Assembly: GCA_963727455.1 (NCBI GenBank)
Contig: CAVSGG010000007.1
Location: 115,478-179,477 of the forward strand
DNA length: 64,000 nucleotides
Direction of reading: 5' to 3'
Source of the DNA: Candidatus Krumholzibacteriota bacterium
GTDB lineage: Bacteria > Krumholzibacteriota > Krumholzibacteriia > JAJRXK01
The notes beneath the pieces were generated by a model. That model was given only the letters and a program-made list of their open reading frames with translations. It was not told where the DNA came from and ran no database searches. Below, in pieces: positions 1-9,990 of the stretch. Positions within the stretch are counted from its first letter, which is position 1; each line of letters begins with the position of its first letter. The position numbers and the translations under genes were made by a program.

Positions 1-753
1 GTGAAGGAGCTGGTACGGCGCAAACGCCTCGTATTCTTGGGCATGGCCGTGGTCTTTCCCCTCGTGCTCACCATCATCTGGCGCTTCTACGGAACCGAAG
101 AGATCTCGCCCACGGAGTTCTTCGCCAACATCGGCGGCCTGGTCTATCTCAAAGCACTGGTCTATCTGGTGAGCCTTTTCTTCGGAGTTCCCACCATCCA
201 CGACGAGGTGGAGGGAAGGACCATCACCTATCTCTTTACCCGCCCGCTCTCCCGTGGCGCAGTGTACGCCGGTCGCCTGCTCGCAGTGCAGAGTATCTCG
301 GCCTTGGTGCTGACCGCCTCCTTGGCCGTATGTTTTCTGTTGATGGTGGTGGGCAATGCGCAGGCCATCAATCTCGACTTCATCGAGGTCTATACCAATT
401 ACTTCCTGGTGATCCTCTTGGCCGTATTCTGCTACACGGCTATCTTCGCGTTCATGGGTACCGTCTTCAAACGGCCGCTCATCTGGGGAATCCTTTACAT
501 CTTCGCGTGGGAAAGCACGGTTAGCGTGGCTCCGATGCGCTTGCAGATGTGGACCCTCGAGTGGCACCTGCGCAATCTCATCGTGAGCCGGCAGGACGTG
601 CAGGCGTCGCTGACCGATTTCGTCCGGGGCCTGCTCTCCGTGGAATACAGTCTGCCCCTCTGGGGTTCTCTGTTCATCCTTCTGGGCGTGGTGACTCTCT
701 TCACATTCCTCGGGGGGATGGTGTTCGGGCGCAAGGAATACGTGATCAACTGA
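1..753 (+). CDS. ABC-2 type transporter permease (5' end may lie outside window)
   Basis: Multiple hydrophobic segments; motif EVEGRTITYLFTRPLSR typical of ABC-2 permeases. Confidence 0.8.
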   Translation: MKELVRRKRLVFLGMAVVFPLVLTIIWRFYGTEEISPTEFFANIGGLVYLKALVYLVSLFFGVPTIHDEVEGRTITYLFTRPLSRGAVYAGRLLAVQSISALVLTASLAVCFLLMVVGNAQAINLDFIEVYTNYFLVILLAVFCYTAIFAFMGTVFKRPLIWGILYIFAWESTVSVAPMRLQMWTLEWHLRNLIVSRQDVQASLTDFVRGLLSVEYSLPLWGSLFILLGVVTLFTFLGGMVFGRKEYVIN

Positions 754-1355
754 TGGTGCGCGGCGGGTTTCCCGCGTACCGGCGTTTGGGCCGGCGATTC
801 TTCGCGCGGAGCGCCGAGGAACTCGCGCCAGATCTTCTGGGCTGCGCTTTGGTTCTCCGCGTCGGTGGGCTGACCCTGGCCATCAAGCTGGTCGAGGTGG
901 AGGCCTATCTGGGGCAGGGAGAGGATCCCGCGAGCCACGCGTTTCGGGGTAAGACAGCCCGCAATCAGCAGATGTTCGCAACCCCGGGCCACCTTTACGT
1001 GTATTTCACCTACGGCATGCACTACTGCTCGAACGTGGTGGCAGAGAAGAAGGGTGTGGCAGGAGCGGTTCTGCTACGCGCCGGTGAAGTGTTGCAGGGG
1101 GCCGAGCTGATGGGTGCGCGCCGTGGGCGCAAGGGCGTGGAAATCGCGAACGGTCCGGCCAAGCTCTGCCAGGCCCTGGGCCTCGACTTGCGTCACAACG
1201 GTTTGGATCTCACTCGGGACGAGTTGGGAATTTGGCCCTTTGCCGCGCCGAAGCGCGTGGCTCGATCCAGCCGCATTGGAGTAAGAGAAGGAAGGGAGCT
1301 CCGTCTGCGTTTCTTCGACCCTGGGTCCCCCTTTATCTCCGGGAAACGAGGATGA
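753..1355 (+). CDS. DNA-3-methyladenine glycosylase (MPG/AAG family)
   Basis: VEVEAYLG, YVYFTYGMHYC, GAVLLRA, NGPAKLCQAL, RIG motifs; ATG overlaps upstream TGA. Confidence 0.92.
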   Translation: MVRGGFPAYRRLGRRFFARSAEELAPDLLGCALVLRVGGLTLAIKLVEVEAYLGQGEDPASHAFRGKTARNQQMFATPGHLYVYFTYGMHYCSNVVAEKKGVAGAVLLRAGEVLQGAELMGARRGRKGVEIANGPAKLCQALGLDLRHNGLDLTRDELGIWPFAAPKRVARSSRIGVREGRELRLRFFDPGSPFISGKRG

Positions 1356-1494
1356 ATCTACCTTTGACCCCCGGTGGGAAGGGTTGGTACCCTACTTTGC
1401 TTCCGGACGTGACCGGCGAGAGAAATTTGCATCTCGCGCTCACGTCTCCACTTTTTCTTCGACCCCGTGAAAGTTTCAACCCAGAGGAGGGCAG

Positions 1495-3009
1495 ATGCGA
1501 CGCGCACTCCTGACTTCGCTTCTTCTTTTGACGATGCTCGTGCTCGGTGCCATTGCGGCGCCGGCCCAGGACATCGCCAAGCTGGAGAAGAACATCAGCA
1601 CATTCACGCTGGACAACGGTCTCAAATTCATCGTGGTCGAACGCCACGATTCTCCGGTGTTCAGCTACGTGTCCATGTGCAAAGTCGGATCAGTGAACGA
1701 AGTTCCCGGCATCACCGGCTTGGCGCACATGTTCGAACACATGGCCTTCAAAGGCACCGATGTCATCGGTACCAAGGATTACTCCAAGGAGAAGAAGGCG
1801 CTCGACGCAGTGGACGAGGCGCAGGCTGCTTGGTGGCAGACCAAGCTGAAGGGCGCCTCCGACGAAGAGGTCGCGAAGGCCAAAGAGGCGATGCAGAAGG
1901 CCGAGCAGGCCGCCGACGAGTACGTGGTCAAGAACGAGTTCGGCAGCATCGTGGAGCAGGCGGGTGGCACTGGCCTCAACGCGTCTACCCAGTCGGACGT
2001 CACGACCTACTTCTACAATCTTCCCAGCAACAAGCTACAGCTGTGGGCCTATCTCGAGTCGCAGCGCTACATCCACCCGGTCCTCCGCGAGTTCTACAAG
2101 GAACGGGACGTGGTGGAAGAAGAGCGTCGTATGCGCACCGAGTCCAGCTCCTTCGGCCGCTTGCTCGAGGAGTTCATCACCACGGCCTACAAGGCGCATC
2201 CCTACGGGCAACCCACGGTCGGACACATGAGCGATCTCGAGGCCTTCACGCGCAAGGACGCGCTCAAGTTCCATGCGAAGTACTACGTGCCTGGCAACGT
2301 GGTCATGTGTTTGGTGGGCGACATCGACCCCAAGGAAGTGCAGTCGCTCGCGAAGAAGTACTTCGGACCGTGGAAAGCGGGTCCCGTTCCCGAGCCAGTC
2401 CGGACCGTCGAGCCTCCGCAAATTGCCGAGCGCACCGTGACTTTGAAAGATCCCGGTCAGCCTCTGTTGGTCATGGGCTATCACAAGCCCGCGGCCTCGA
2501 GCCCCGATGACGCGGCCTTCGACGTCTTGACCGAAGTTATGGCCAACGGGCGCAGCAGCCGCCTCTACAAGAAGCTCGTGAAGGAGGACCAGTCGGCCGT
2601 GAGCGTCGGCGCCTTCACCGGCTTCCCCGGACAGCTTTACCCTGGGCTCTTTCTCACCTTCGCCGTGCCCGCGAAGGGCTTCACCGCGGCCCAGTGCGAG
2701 AGCAGCATTCTGAAGGAATTCGAGAAGGCGAAGTCCGGCGACATCACCGCCGAAGAGCTCGAGGGAGCGAAAACGCGCCTGAAGGCCAACTGGATTCGCC
2801 AGGTGCGTTCCGACACCGGCATGGCGCGCACCCTGTGCAGCGCCCAGGTCATTCTGGGGGACTGGCAGAAGGCTCTGAGTTATCCCAGCGAGGTCGACGC
2901 GGTGACCCTGGACGACCTCCAGCGTCTGTGTAAGACCTACCTGATCGAGAAGAATCTGACCGTCGGAACCATCGTGACCGAGGAGAAGGGAGCCGAAGAT
3001 GCGAGCTAG
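1495..3009 (+). CDS. M16 (insulinase-family) zinc peptidase, active subunit, secreted
   Basis: Signal peptide; LDNGL; inverted zinc motif HMFEH; NAST; VEEERRMR; GGAGG RBS. Confidence 0.93.
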   Translation: MRRALLTSLLLLTMLVLGAIAAPAQDIAKLEKNISTFTLDNGLKFIVVERHDSPVFSYVSMCKVGSVNEVPGITGLAHMFEHMAFKGTDVIGTKDYSKEKKALDAVDEAQAAWWQTKLKGASDEEVAKAKEAMQKAEQAADEYVVKNEFGSIVEQAGGTGLNASTQSDVTTYFYNLPSNKLQLWAYLESQRYIHPVLREFYKERDVVEEERRMRTESSSFGRLLEEFITTAYKAHPYGQPTVGHMSDLEAFTRKDALKFHAKYYVPGNVVMCLVGDIDPKEVQSLAKKYFGPWKAGPVPEPVRTVEPPQIAERTVTLKDPGQPLLVMGYHKPAASSPDDAAFDVLTEVMANGRSSRLYKKLVKEDQSAVSVGAFTGFPGQLYPGLFLTFAVPAKGFTAAQCESSILKEFEKAKSGDITAEELEGAKTRLKANWIRQVRSDTGMARTLCSAQVILGDWQKALSYPSEVDAVTLDDLQRLCKTYLIEKNLTVGTIVTEEKGAEDAS

Positions 3010-5155
3010 AGTAAGCCGGAGCCTATCGGCCGCGCTTGCCGTGGCCGTCCTCTTTCCCCTTTTGCTCGTTTCGAGCGCCACCGACGCCAGCGCGGCCAAT
3101 CGGCCGTGGGAGAATTTCCACTACCCCGAATTGGGGAAAGTCCAGGTGCCGGATTACCAGCGACACGAGTTGGACAACGGCATGGTGATCTACCTCATGG
3201 AAGATCATGATTGGCCGCTGGTCGAAGGCCGGGTCCTGATTCGCACCGGATCGGTCTACGAGCCGGCCGCCAAAGTCGGTCTGGCCGAGATCGAAGGTGA
3301 GGTGCTGCGCACCGGCGGTACCGAGACCATCAGCGGAGACGATCTCGACGATTTGCTCGCGGGCATGGGAGCCTCGATCGAGAGTTCAGTGGAGGACACA
3401 CGGGGCACCGTGAGCTTCTCCTTCCTGCGCAAGGATGCCAAGCGCGGGCTGGAGCTGGTGGGAGACATCCTGCAGCATCCCGCCTTCGAGGACGCCAAGA
3501 TCGATCTGGCCAAGACCTCACAGCGCGCGGCCATCGCGCGCCGCAACGACGAGCTCATGTCGATCTTGCGCCGTGAAATTCCCAAGGCGATCTGGGGTCC
3601 CGATCACCCCTATGCGCGCAATACCGAGTACGCGACCATCGACGCGATCACGCGCGACGACCTGGTCGATTTCTACCAGTACTTCTACCACCCCGAGAAC
3701 ATGATGCTCGCGGTGTGGGGCGACTTCGATTCGAAGGAGATGCTTGCTCAGCTGAAGGACCAGTTCGGTGGATGGAAGAGGGTGGACAATCCCATTCCCG
3801 CCTTGCCCAAGGCCCCCAAGGAGGAGACACGCCGCGTACTGGTGGCGAACAAGGACGACGTAACCCAGAGCTGGTTCGCGGCGGGGCAAGTAGGCATGAA
3901 GATGGACGATCCCGATTACTATTCGATGATCGTGATGAATCGGATTCTGGGCGGAGGTTTCTCCTCGCGTCTGTTCAACGAGGTCCGAAGCAATCTGGGC
4001 CTGGCCTATACCGTGGGCAGCTCCGCCGGAGTTGGGATGGCGCACAAGGGTACATTCATGACCTACTGCGGAACCAAGAACTCCTCGGTGGACAAGGCCC
4101 TGGGAGCGGTGCTCAAGCAGGTGGACAAGATCCGTGAGTCCGAGGTGGATCAGGACGAGCTGACCAAGGCCAAGGAAGCCATGCTCAATTCGTACGTCTT
4201 CAACTTCGTGCGCAAGAGCCAGACTCTGACCCGCCTGCAGACCTACGAGTTCCTGGGCTACCCCAGCGACTTCCTGCAGCAGTATCCTGACAAAATCCGC
4301 GCGGTCACCGCGAAGGACGTGCAGGACGTGGCACAGAGCCGCATTCATCCCGAAGACTTCGCCATCGTCGCGGTGGGCAAGAAATCGGAATGGGACGGAG
4401 ATCTCACCGAATTCGGCCCGGTAGAGGACCTGGACATCAGTATCCCCGAACCTGAGGGGCCCCAGTTCCCCGAGGCCACGGCGGAGACGATCGAGAAGGG
4501 CCACGCCATCATGGCTGCGGCACAGAAAGCGCTCGGAGGCGAAAAGCTCAGCAAGCTTTCCAGCCTCCATCGCCAGGACAAGGCCAACCTGAGCGTGCAG
4601 GGGATGAGCATCAACATCGGCCTGAATTCCTGGACGCTCTATCCCAGCAGTGCGCGCGTGGAGATCAGCATGCCCATGGGGAACATGGTGCAGGCGGTGT
4701 CCGCCGACGGGGCGTGGGCCAAGGGTCCGCAGGGTATGCAGGATTTGGGAGAGGAGCAGGCCGCGAAGCAACGGGAAGGAATCATCGAGGATGTCCACTA
4801 TCTCGCGGGACACTTCGACTCCTTCCAGCTCCAAGCGCTTCCCTCCGAAATGGTGGGTGATACGAAAGCGGACGTCGTGCTGGTGTGGCTGAGCGACAAG
4901 AAATGGGTCAAGTTCTACTTCGATCCCAGCACGCACATGCCACTCAAGCAGGCGGACATGGCGAAGAACATGATCACGCAGGCGATGGGTCTGCAGGAAT
5001 CGACTTTCAGCGATTGGAAGGATTACGGGGGAATTCTCTTCCCGCAGAAGGTGAACGTCACGCACGGTGGCGATCCGCTCATGAACGTCGAGACGCAGAG
5101 CATCGAGATCAACCCGAAGATCGATCCCTCGATCTTCGAAAAACCGCAGAGTTAA
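2999..5155 (+). CDS. M16 peptidase, inactive partner subunit with C-terminal extension
   Basis: Signal peptide; LDNGM; no HXXEH; GGGFSSRLFNEVRSNLGLAY motif; ~240 aa extra C-terminal domain. Confidence 0.88.
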   Translation: MRARVSRSLSAALAVAVLFPLLLVSSATDASAANRPWENFHYPELGKVQVPDYQRHELDNGMVIYLMEDHDWPLVEGRVLIRTGSVYEPAAKVGLAEIEGEVLRTGGTETISGDDLDDLLAGMGASIESSVEDTRGTVSFSFLRKDAKRGLELVGDILQHPAFEDAKIDLAKTSQRAAIARRNDELMSILRREIPKAIWGPDHPYARNTEYATIDAITRDDLVDFYQYFYHPENMMLAVWGDFDSKEMLAQLKDQFGGWKRVDNPIPALPKAPKEETRRVLVANKDDVTQSWFAAGQVGMKMDDPDYYSMIVMNRILGGGFSSRLFNEVRSNLGLAYTVGSSAGVGMAHKGTFMTYCGTKNSSVDKALGAVLKQVDKIRESEVDQDELTKAKEAMLNSYVFNFVRKSQTLTRLQTYEFLGYPSDFLQQYPDKIRAVTAKDVQDVAQSRIHPEDFAIVAVGKKSEWDGDLTEFGPVEDLDISIPEPEGPQFPEATAETIEKGHAIMAAAQKALGGEKLSKLSSLHRQDKANLSVQGMSINIGLNSWTLYPSSARVEISMPMGNMVQAVSADGAWAKGPQGMQDLGEEQAAKQREGIIEDVHYLAGHFDSFQLQALPSEMVGDTKADVVLVWLSDKKWVKFYFDPSTHMPLKQADMAKNMITQAMGLQESTFSDWKDYGGILFPQKVNVTHGGDPLMNVETQSIEINPKIDPSIFEKPQS

Positions 5156-5175
5156 GAGTCTGCGCGCGTCGCATG

Positions 5176-5210
5176 AAAAAAGGCCCGGGACAATCGTCCC
5201 GGGCCTTTTT
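5176..5210. terminator. Bidirectional rho-independent terminator
   Basis: A6-GGCCCGGGAC-aatc-GTCCCGGGCC-T5 between convergent transcription units. Confidence 0.9.
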
Positions 5211-5525
5211 CGATCTTTAGTGCGAGCCGCCTCGAAGGCTGTCCCGGATTTTAAACGTGGTTAGCCGAACCGAGTGGCCAATAGGAGGCAGCCCGCAAGT
5301 TAGAGCATAGTTTACCCGCCTAGAGCTGGCTAGAAGAAATCGAGGCTTTCCCTGCGGCGCAATTGCAATCGCGGAACGCGCTTCCCGGCGGGAGCTTGCG
5401 GGGGAAGGTCGGCGAACTCAGCAACTTCTTTACTAGCAACATTTTGAGTAGAGCTGCCAAAGTGTCAGACGCTTGGCAGGCCGAAAAACTGTGAGAATTC
5501 GCGAAGGGGAAGGGCCTCGGCCCGT

Positions 5526-6380
5526 TCAGAGGGCGAACGGCCGGTCCGCGTAGCCCGCCGTCGTGCGCCCCAGGTAGGCGGCCAGGCTGGGGGCGAGCCG
5601 CAGTGCGTGGAGTTTGCTGGGCCAGGCCCCCGGCGCGCGGCAGCCCAGCCCCAAGAGAATCCCCTCTTCCTGCGGCTGGCACACCAAGCTTCCCACCGAC
5701 GCCCTCTCCGCTTCGAAGCTGAAGCCCTCGCGGGCCAGGGCCAGCAGCTGCTCTCCGTTCTCGCTGCGAACGCCGAGGACCTCGAGCGTCTCTCCCTGGA
5801 GCACGCGCTCCACACCACGAAGGCGCAAGAGCGCCTCGCGCACCTCGTCGCGCCGCGCGACTTGCGCGCAGCGGAAGCGCAGGATCGCACTCTCGACCTC
5901 GACTTCTCCCGCGGTCGCGTGGGGAAGTCGTTCCCATTGGATGCACTCAGCTGCCGCGCGAGCGCACGCGACACCGGCCAGAAGCAGCAGTTCCCCGTCC
6001 TCGCGGGTCTCAAAGAGTGTGCGCAACTCGTCGTCCAGCTCCGCGGCTACCCTAGAGCGGGCCAGGGAATCCAGTCCTTCGGCGCGAGCGTGTTCGAGCA
6101 GGCGCCCGTCCACGCGCACGCGCAGTTGAGGCGCGAACTCCGTCACCGAAGGGGCGCGGATCGACGAATCCACCGTGTCCCGCGAGAGTACGCGGCCATG
6201 CACGGCCGGGCTCTGTCCGCACAGGGCCGAGTGGATGACCACATCGGGCAAGCAGGGAAAGGGCGGAACCAATTCGGACACGTGTCCTGGATCCCGCGCG
6301 GAACTGAGCCACGGCAACGCTTCTTCCCGCAGGAGGCGTTGGCTGAGTCCCGGTAGGAAAATGAGGAGCACCCGGCTCAT
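5526..6380 (-). CDS. Alkaline phosphatase superfamily (type I phosphodiesterase-like) protein, apparently degenerate
   Basis: Start ATG 6380 overlaps upstream stop (ATGA); RVLLIFLPGL...PPFPCLP...SALCGQSPAVHG resembles NPP N-terminus, but the usual Asp ligand and Thr nucleophile appear replaced. Confidence 0.55.
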   Translation of the reverse strand: MSRVLLIFLPGLSQRLLREEALPWLSSARDPGHVSELVPPFPCLPDVVIHSALCGQSPAVHGRVLSRDTVDSSIRAPSVTEFAPQLRVRVDGRLLEHARAEGLDSLARSRVAAELDDELRTLFETREDGELLLLAGVACARAAAECIQWERLPHATAGEVEVESAILRFRCAQVARRDEVREALLRLRGVERVLQGETLEVLGVRSENGEQLLALAREGFSFEAERASVGSLVCQPQEEGILLGLGCRAPGAWPSKLHALRLAPSLAAYLGRTTAGYADRPFAL

Positions 6381-8443
6381 GGCTTGCGGGCTTTCTCTGG
6401 CTTTTCGCGCAGGAAGTAGCGGTAGTGCCACGCCTCGGGGTGGTAGCCCTTGCTCTCGGCGGTTTCGGGGGGATAGCTCAGATCGAAGCCGTAGGTTTTT
6501 GCATGAACCTTCAGCCAGTGTCCCTCTTCGGTTTGCGCGAAGGAGGGATCGACTGCGTGTTTCAGGGCGACGTCGGCGAAGTCGACGGTGGTGCCGAGTT
6601 GGTGTTCGCTGGTGCCGGGAGCCGCCACCCAACGCTGATTCTCTCCGTAGCGTTCTTGGGCACGCCGGAAGAGCTCCTGCTGACGTTCGTAGGAACGGTA
6701 CGCGCTCACCACGCGCAGCTGCACCCCGTCCTCTTTGGCCGCGTCGACCATCCGCAAGAGAGCCACGAGCGCTTCGCGGCGCAATCGCAAACCACGCCGG
6801 GAGGCTGGTGGCACCGGAATTTCCTGAAGCTCGTCGGGGACGAAATTCGCAGGGAGTGGGTGGCTCTGATCCACCGTGATCCGCGCCCCGGTGGAATCTG
6901 CGCTCGGCGTGCTTTTCTTCGACACTGCGCTGCTGTCGGGCGCCGTACGAGTTTGCAGAATCAACGCGCCCTGAAATTCCTCTGCCAGTACGCGGCAGCT
7001 GTCCAAGAACGCACTCCACTCTGGCCCCTTCGCCCAGCGCGAAGCTCTTCCCTCGCCGAGGGCGATGATCCGCGCCTCGCGCAACGGTTCCCGTTGCTGC
7101 AGCTGGCGCAGGACATCGGGAGTCTCGGGCAGGAAGACACAGGTGCGGCGCGCTTCAAAGGCGAGCACCGAGCTGTCGCAAAAGAACGGCGAGCCCGGCA
7201 CGCCCGCATCCTGAAGCTCGCGTACGATCTTCGCGTCGGGATGGCGCACGGTGAGCGGCCAGATGCGCGCGTCGGTAAACAGGGTGGCGCTGGCTCGAGG
7301 GGGCACGAGCCAGGGGCCGAAGATCGCGAGCAGGCCGACGCAGAGGACGACCGCCGCCTGGAAGCTCTGCGCGAGCCGCGCCATGCCGCGGCCCACCCAC
7401 AGGCACGCTACCGGAAGCAAAGGGAGCAGAGGACGGAATTCGGAGCTCCAGGGGGCGAGGATCGCAAAGACCGCGATTCCCAGGCATGCGTCCCACAGAG
7501 CGAGGCGAATGTGTTGCTTCGCTCCCCAGAGGGCCAGGACCACCAGAGGCCAGCTCAGCCAATGATTGAACTGCAAGAGGTGCATCTTGAGATGATGCAG
7601 GCCCAGCCGCAGCACCTCGCCGCCTCGTTCGGCGAGAACCTGTCCGGTGGGAATGGGAACGAGCCCGCGATAGGCGCCCAGCCCCCCCGGCGCGTCCAGA
7701 TTGCGCGCTAGCTCCGCATAGGACTGTATGAGTCCCAGGGGGTTACCGGTCGTCAACCAAACGTGAAGGTACCAGGGTCCAGCGCTGAGGGCGGCGCCGG
7801 TAAGGACGAGAAGACCACCGCGATCGTAACGACCCCCTCGCGCGAAGAAGGCCGCGGCGGCCATGAGCCAACCCGTGGGGTGCAAGAGCGGCAAGAGTCC
7901 GTACAAGCACCCGCAGGCAAGATGGGCCCACGCCCCCCTGCCCTTGGGCTTGAAATTCCACAGGATGAGGACGATCAGGCCCATCGCGATTTCGGGTCCT
8001 GCTTCGGCGACGATTCTCCAGGTGGTGAACGAAGACATGAATGCGAGCGCGGCGAAGCCGCCGGCCAGTTTCCCGAAAGGATCGAGCGCCGCGCCGAAGA
8101 ACCACAGGAGGAGCGCGGTGAGGATGGCGGAAACGAGCACCCCACTTTGCGCTCCCAATCCGAAATGAACTCCCGGGATCAAAAGGATGGGCCACAGCGG
8201 CGGGCGCGTGAGATTCGAAGGCGGCCAAGTTTCGTGGCCGGGAAAGCTCATTCTCAAGGGATAGACGATGAGCGTGGAGAGCTGGTGCCCTTGGGTGAAT
8301 TGATAGGCTCTTCCCGCGTAGTCGTAGCGGTCGGAATTTGGGGCGCGCCAAACCATCAGCGCGTAAATGCTGGAGAAGATCAGCAGCGCGACCGCCAGGC
8401 CCCAGAAGAGCTGTGCGAGGCGATCGGTGCGTTCAGGCGTCAT
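6377..8443 (-). CDS. Polytopic GT-C/ArnT-like membrane protein fused to M15B (VanY-like) D,D-carboxypeptidase
   Basis: N-terminal multi-TM region with early D-x-x-D-Y loop and RPPLWP; C-terminal SAYRSYERQ, PGTSEHQLGTTVD, EAWHYRY motifs of M15B. Confidence 0.75.
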   Translation of the reverse strand: MTPERTDRLAQLFWGLAVALLIFSSIYALMVWRAPNSDRYDYAGRAYQFTQGHQLSTLIVYPLRMSFPGHETWPPSNLTRPPLWPILLIPGVHFGLGAQSGVLVSAILTALLLWFFGAALDPFGKLAGGFAALAFMSSFTTWRIVAEAGPEIAMGLIVLILWNFKPKGRGAWAHLACGCLYGLLPLLHPTGWLMAAAAFFARGGRYDRGGLLVLTGAALSAGPWYLHVWLTTGNPLGLIQSYAELARNLDAPGGLGAYRGLVPIPTGQVLAERGGEVLRLGLHHLKMHLLQFNHWLSWPLVVLALWGAKQHIRLALWDACLGIAVFAILAPWSSEFRPLLPLLPVACLWVGRGMARLAQSFQAAVVLCVGLLAIFGPWLVPPRASATLFTDARIWPLTVRHPDAKIVRELQDAGVPGSPFFCDSSVLAFEARRTCVFLPETPDVLRQLQQREPLREARIIALGEGRASRWAKGPEWSAFLDSCRVLAEEFQGALILQTRTAPDSSAVSKKSTPSADSTGARITVDQSHPLPANFVPDELQEIPVPPASRRGLRLRREALVALLRMVDAAKEDGVQLRVVSAYRSYERQQELFRRAQERYGENQRWVAAPGTSEHQLGTTVDFADVALKHAVDPSFAQTEEGHWLKVHAKTYGFDLSYPPETAESKGYHPEAWHYRYFLREKPEKARKP

Positions 8444-9041
8444 GGCGGGAGCCCGGCGCCTCCAGAGCTTCACCGCTCTTGCAGAGGGGACACTGCTTCG
8501 CTTGGAAGGTACGAACCTCTTCTCTGAGCAGGCAGTGTACGGCGAGATCGAGTTTCACCGTCTCCTCGCGCCGGTCCACGATGACCGCGATGGACTTGAC
8601 GGTTCCCTCGCAACTCTCCACCAGGGTTCGCATCTCCTGTAGCGAAGTCCCGCGGGTGAGAACGTCGTCTACCAGCAGCGCGGATTCCCCTTTGCGCACG
8701 GTGAATCCTCGTCGCAGCTGCAGCTGTCCCTCTTTGCGCTCGCAAAAGACGTGTCGCCGACCCAGCGCGCGCGCCACTTCGTGACCAATGAGGATTCCTC
8801 CGACCGCCGGTGACAGAACCAAATCGATCTCCAACTCATTGCACTTCTCGGCCAGGAGTCTTCCGAGTTCCTTGGCCAGATCCGGATACTGAAGGACCTT
8901 GGCGCATTGGAAGTAGCGGTCGCTGTGCAGCCCGCTACTCAGCTTGAAGTGCCCCTGCAGGATCGCACCCAACTCGACCAGACGATCGTGCACCTCGTCT
9001 GGCTTGAGATGTTGCTGGAAGGCAGAAGTTTCCGCGCTCAC
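8433..9041 (-). CDS. pyrE: Orotate phosphoribosyltransferase
   Basis: GHFKLSSGLHSDRYFQC; PRPP-binding LVDDVLTRGTS; C-terminal CPLC...PGSR. Confidence 0.95.
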   Translation of the reverse strand: MSAETSAFQQHLKPDEVHDRLVELGAILQGHFKLSSGLHSDRYFQCAKVLQYPDLAKELGRLLAEKCNELEIDLVLSPAVGGILIGHEVARALGRRHVFCERKEGQLQLRRGFTVRKGESALLVDDVLTRGTSLQEMRTLVESCEGTVKSIAVIVDRREETVKLDLAVHCLLREEVRTFQAKQCPLCKSGEALEAPGSRHDA

Positions 9042-9104
9042 TCCCCATCCTCCTGAAGCTCGTGTCCGGATTCGAACTGGTGGGCCGAAGTGACTTTCCG
9101 CAGC

Positions 9105-9860
9105 CTACAACGCGCCGCGCATCTCGTCCAGAATGTCGAGCAGCGCGCGCTGCGGATCCTCAGAGCGCGTGATGGGACGACCGATCACCAGGAAGTCCGC
9201 ACCGCGTCGCAGCGCCTCGGCCGGAGTGGCCACGCGGCTCTGGTCTCCTCGTTCGCTTCCCCGGGGCCGGATACCGGGTATCACCAGCAGGGGCTCTTCT
9301 CCCAGTGCTTCGCGCAGGGGCTGGATCTCCTCGGCCGAGGCGACGAGTCCGGTCGCGCCGGCCCGCAAGGATTCGCGGGCCAGGCGCAGTACCAACTGGC
9401 TGCCGCTCTGCCGTGAGTCCAAGAGGAAGGGCAATTCGTCGGCGGCGAAACTGGTGAGGACGGTCACCGCAAGGACCGCAGGCGGAAGCGATCCCGCCGG
9501 CGCCCCGGGCAGCGCTTCGGATGCCGCCTCCACCGCGCTGCGTACTCCGGCGCCGGCGGAGGCGTGCACGGTACAAAAGCGAGCTCCCAGCTCGCGCGCA
9601 CTGCGGATGCCCCCGGCCATGGTGTTGGGAATGTCGTGAAACTTCAGGTCCAGGAACACGGCGAGCTCGCGCTCTACCAGTTCTCGAACCACACCGGGAC
9701 CGGCTGCGGTGAAGAGTTGCAAGCCCACTTTCACCCATTTGAGCCGGGGAGTGAGTTGCTCGACCAGGCGCAAGGCCTCCGAGCGGCTCGAGGTGTCCAG
9801 GGCCAGGATGAGCCGAGCCTCCGGCTCTTTTTCCCGATAAGCATTCGGATCGAGCCGCAT
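9105..9860 (-). CDS. pyrF: Orotidine-5'-phosphate decarboxylase
   Basis: LALD, KVG, FLDLKFHDIPNT, VTVLTS, PGIR, DQSR, VIGRPI motifs. Confidence 0.97.
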   Translation of the reverse strand: MRLDPNAYREKEPEARLILALDTSSRSEALRLVEQLTPRLKWVKVGLQLFTAAGPGVVRELVERELAVFLDLKFHDIPNTMAGGIRSARELGARFCTVHASAGAGVRSAVEAASEALPGAPAGSLPPAVLAVTVLTSFAADELPFLLDSRQSGSQLVLRLARESLRAGATGLVASAEEIQPLREALGEEPLLVIPGIRPRGSERGDQSRVATPAEALRRGADFLVIGRPITRSEDPQRALLDILDEMRGAL

Positions 9861-9990
9861 ACCTGAGCCCTTCTGTTCGATGATCCCTTGCTTGGGCGGG
9901 CCGCCCTCGGCTAGCTTGGTGCGCGAAGTGGATGCCAGGGGTTTTCATACCCCAGCTCCAAGCGCAACGCAAGCAATCGGGAGACTCATC

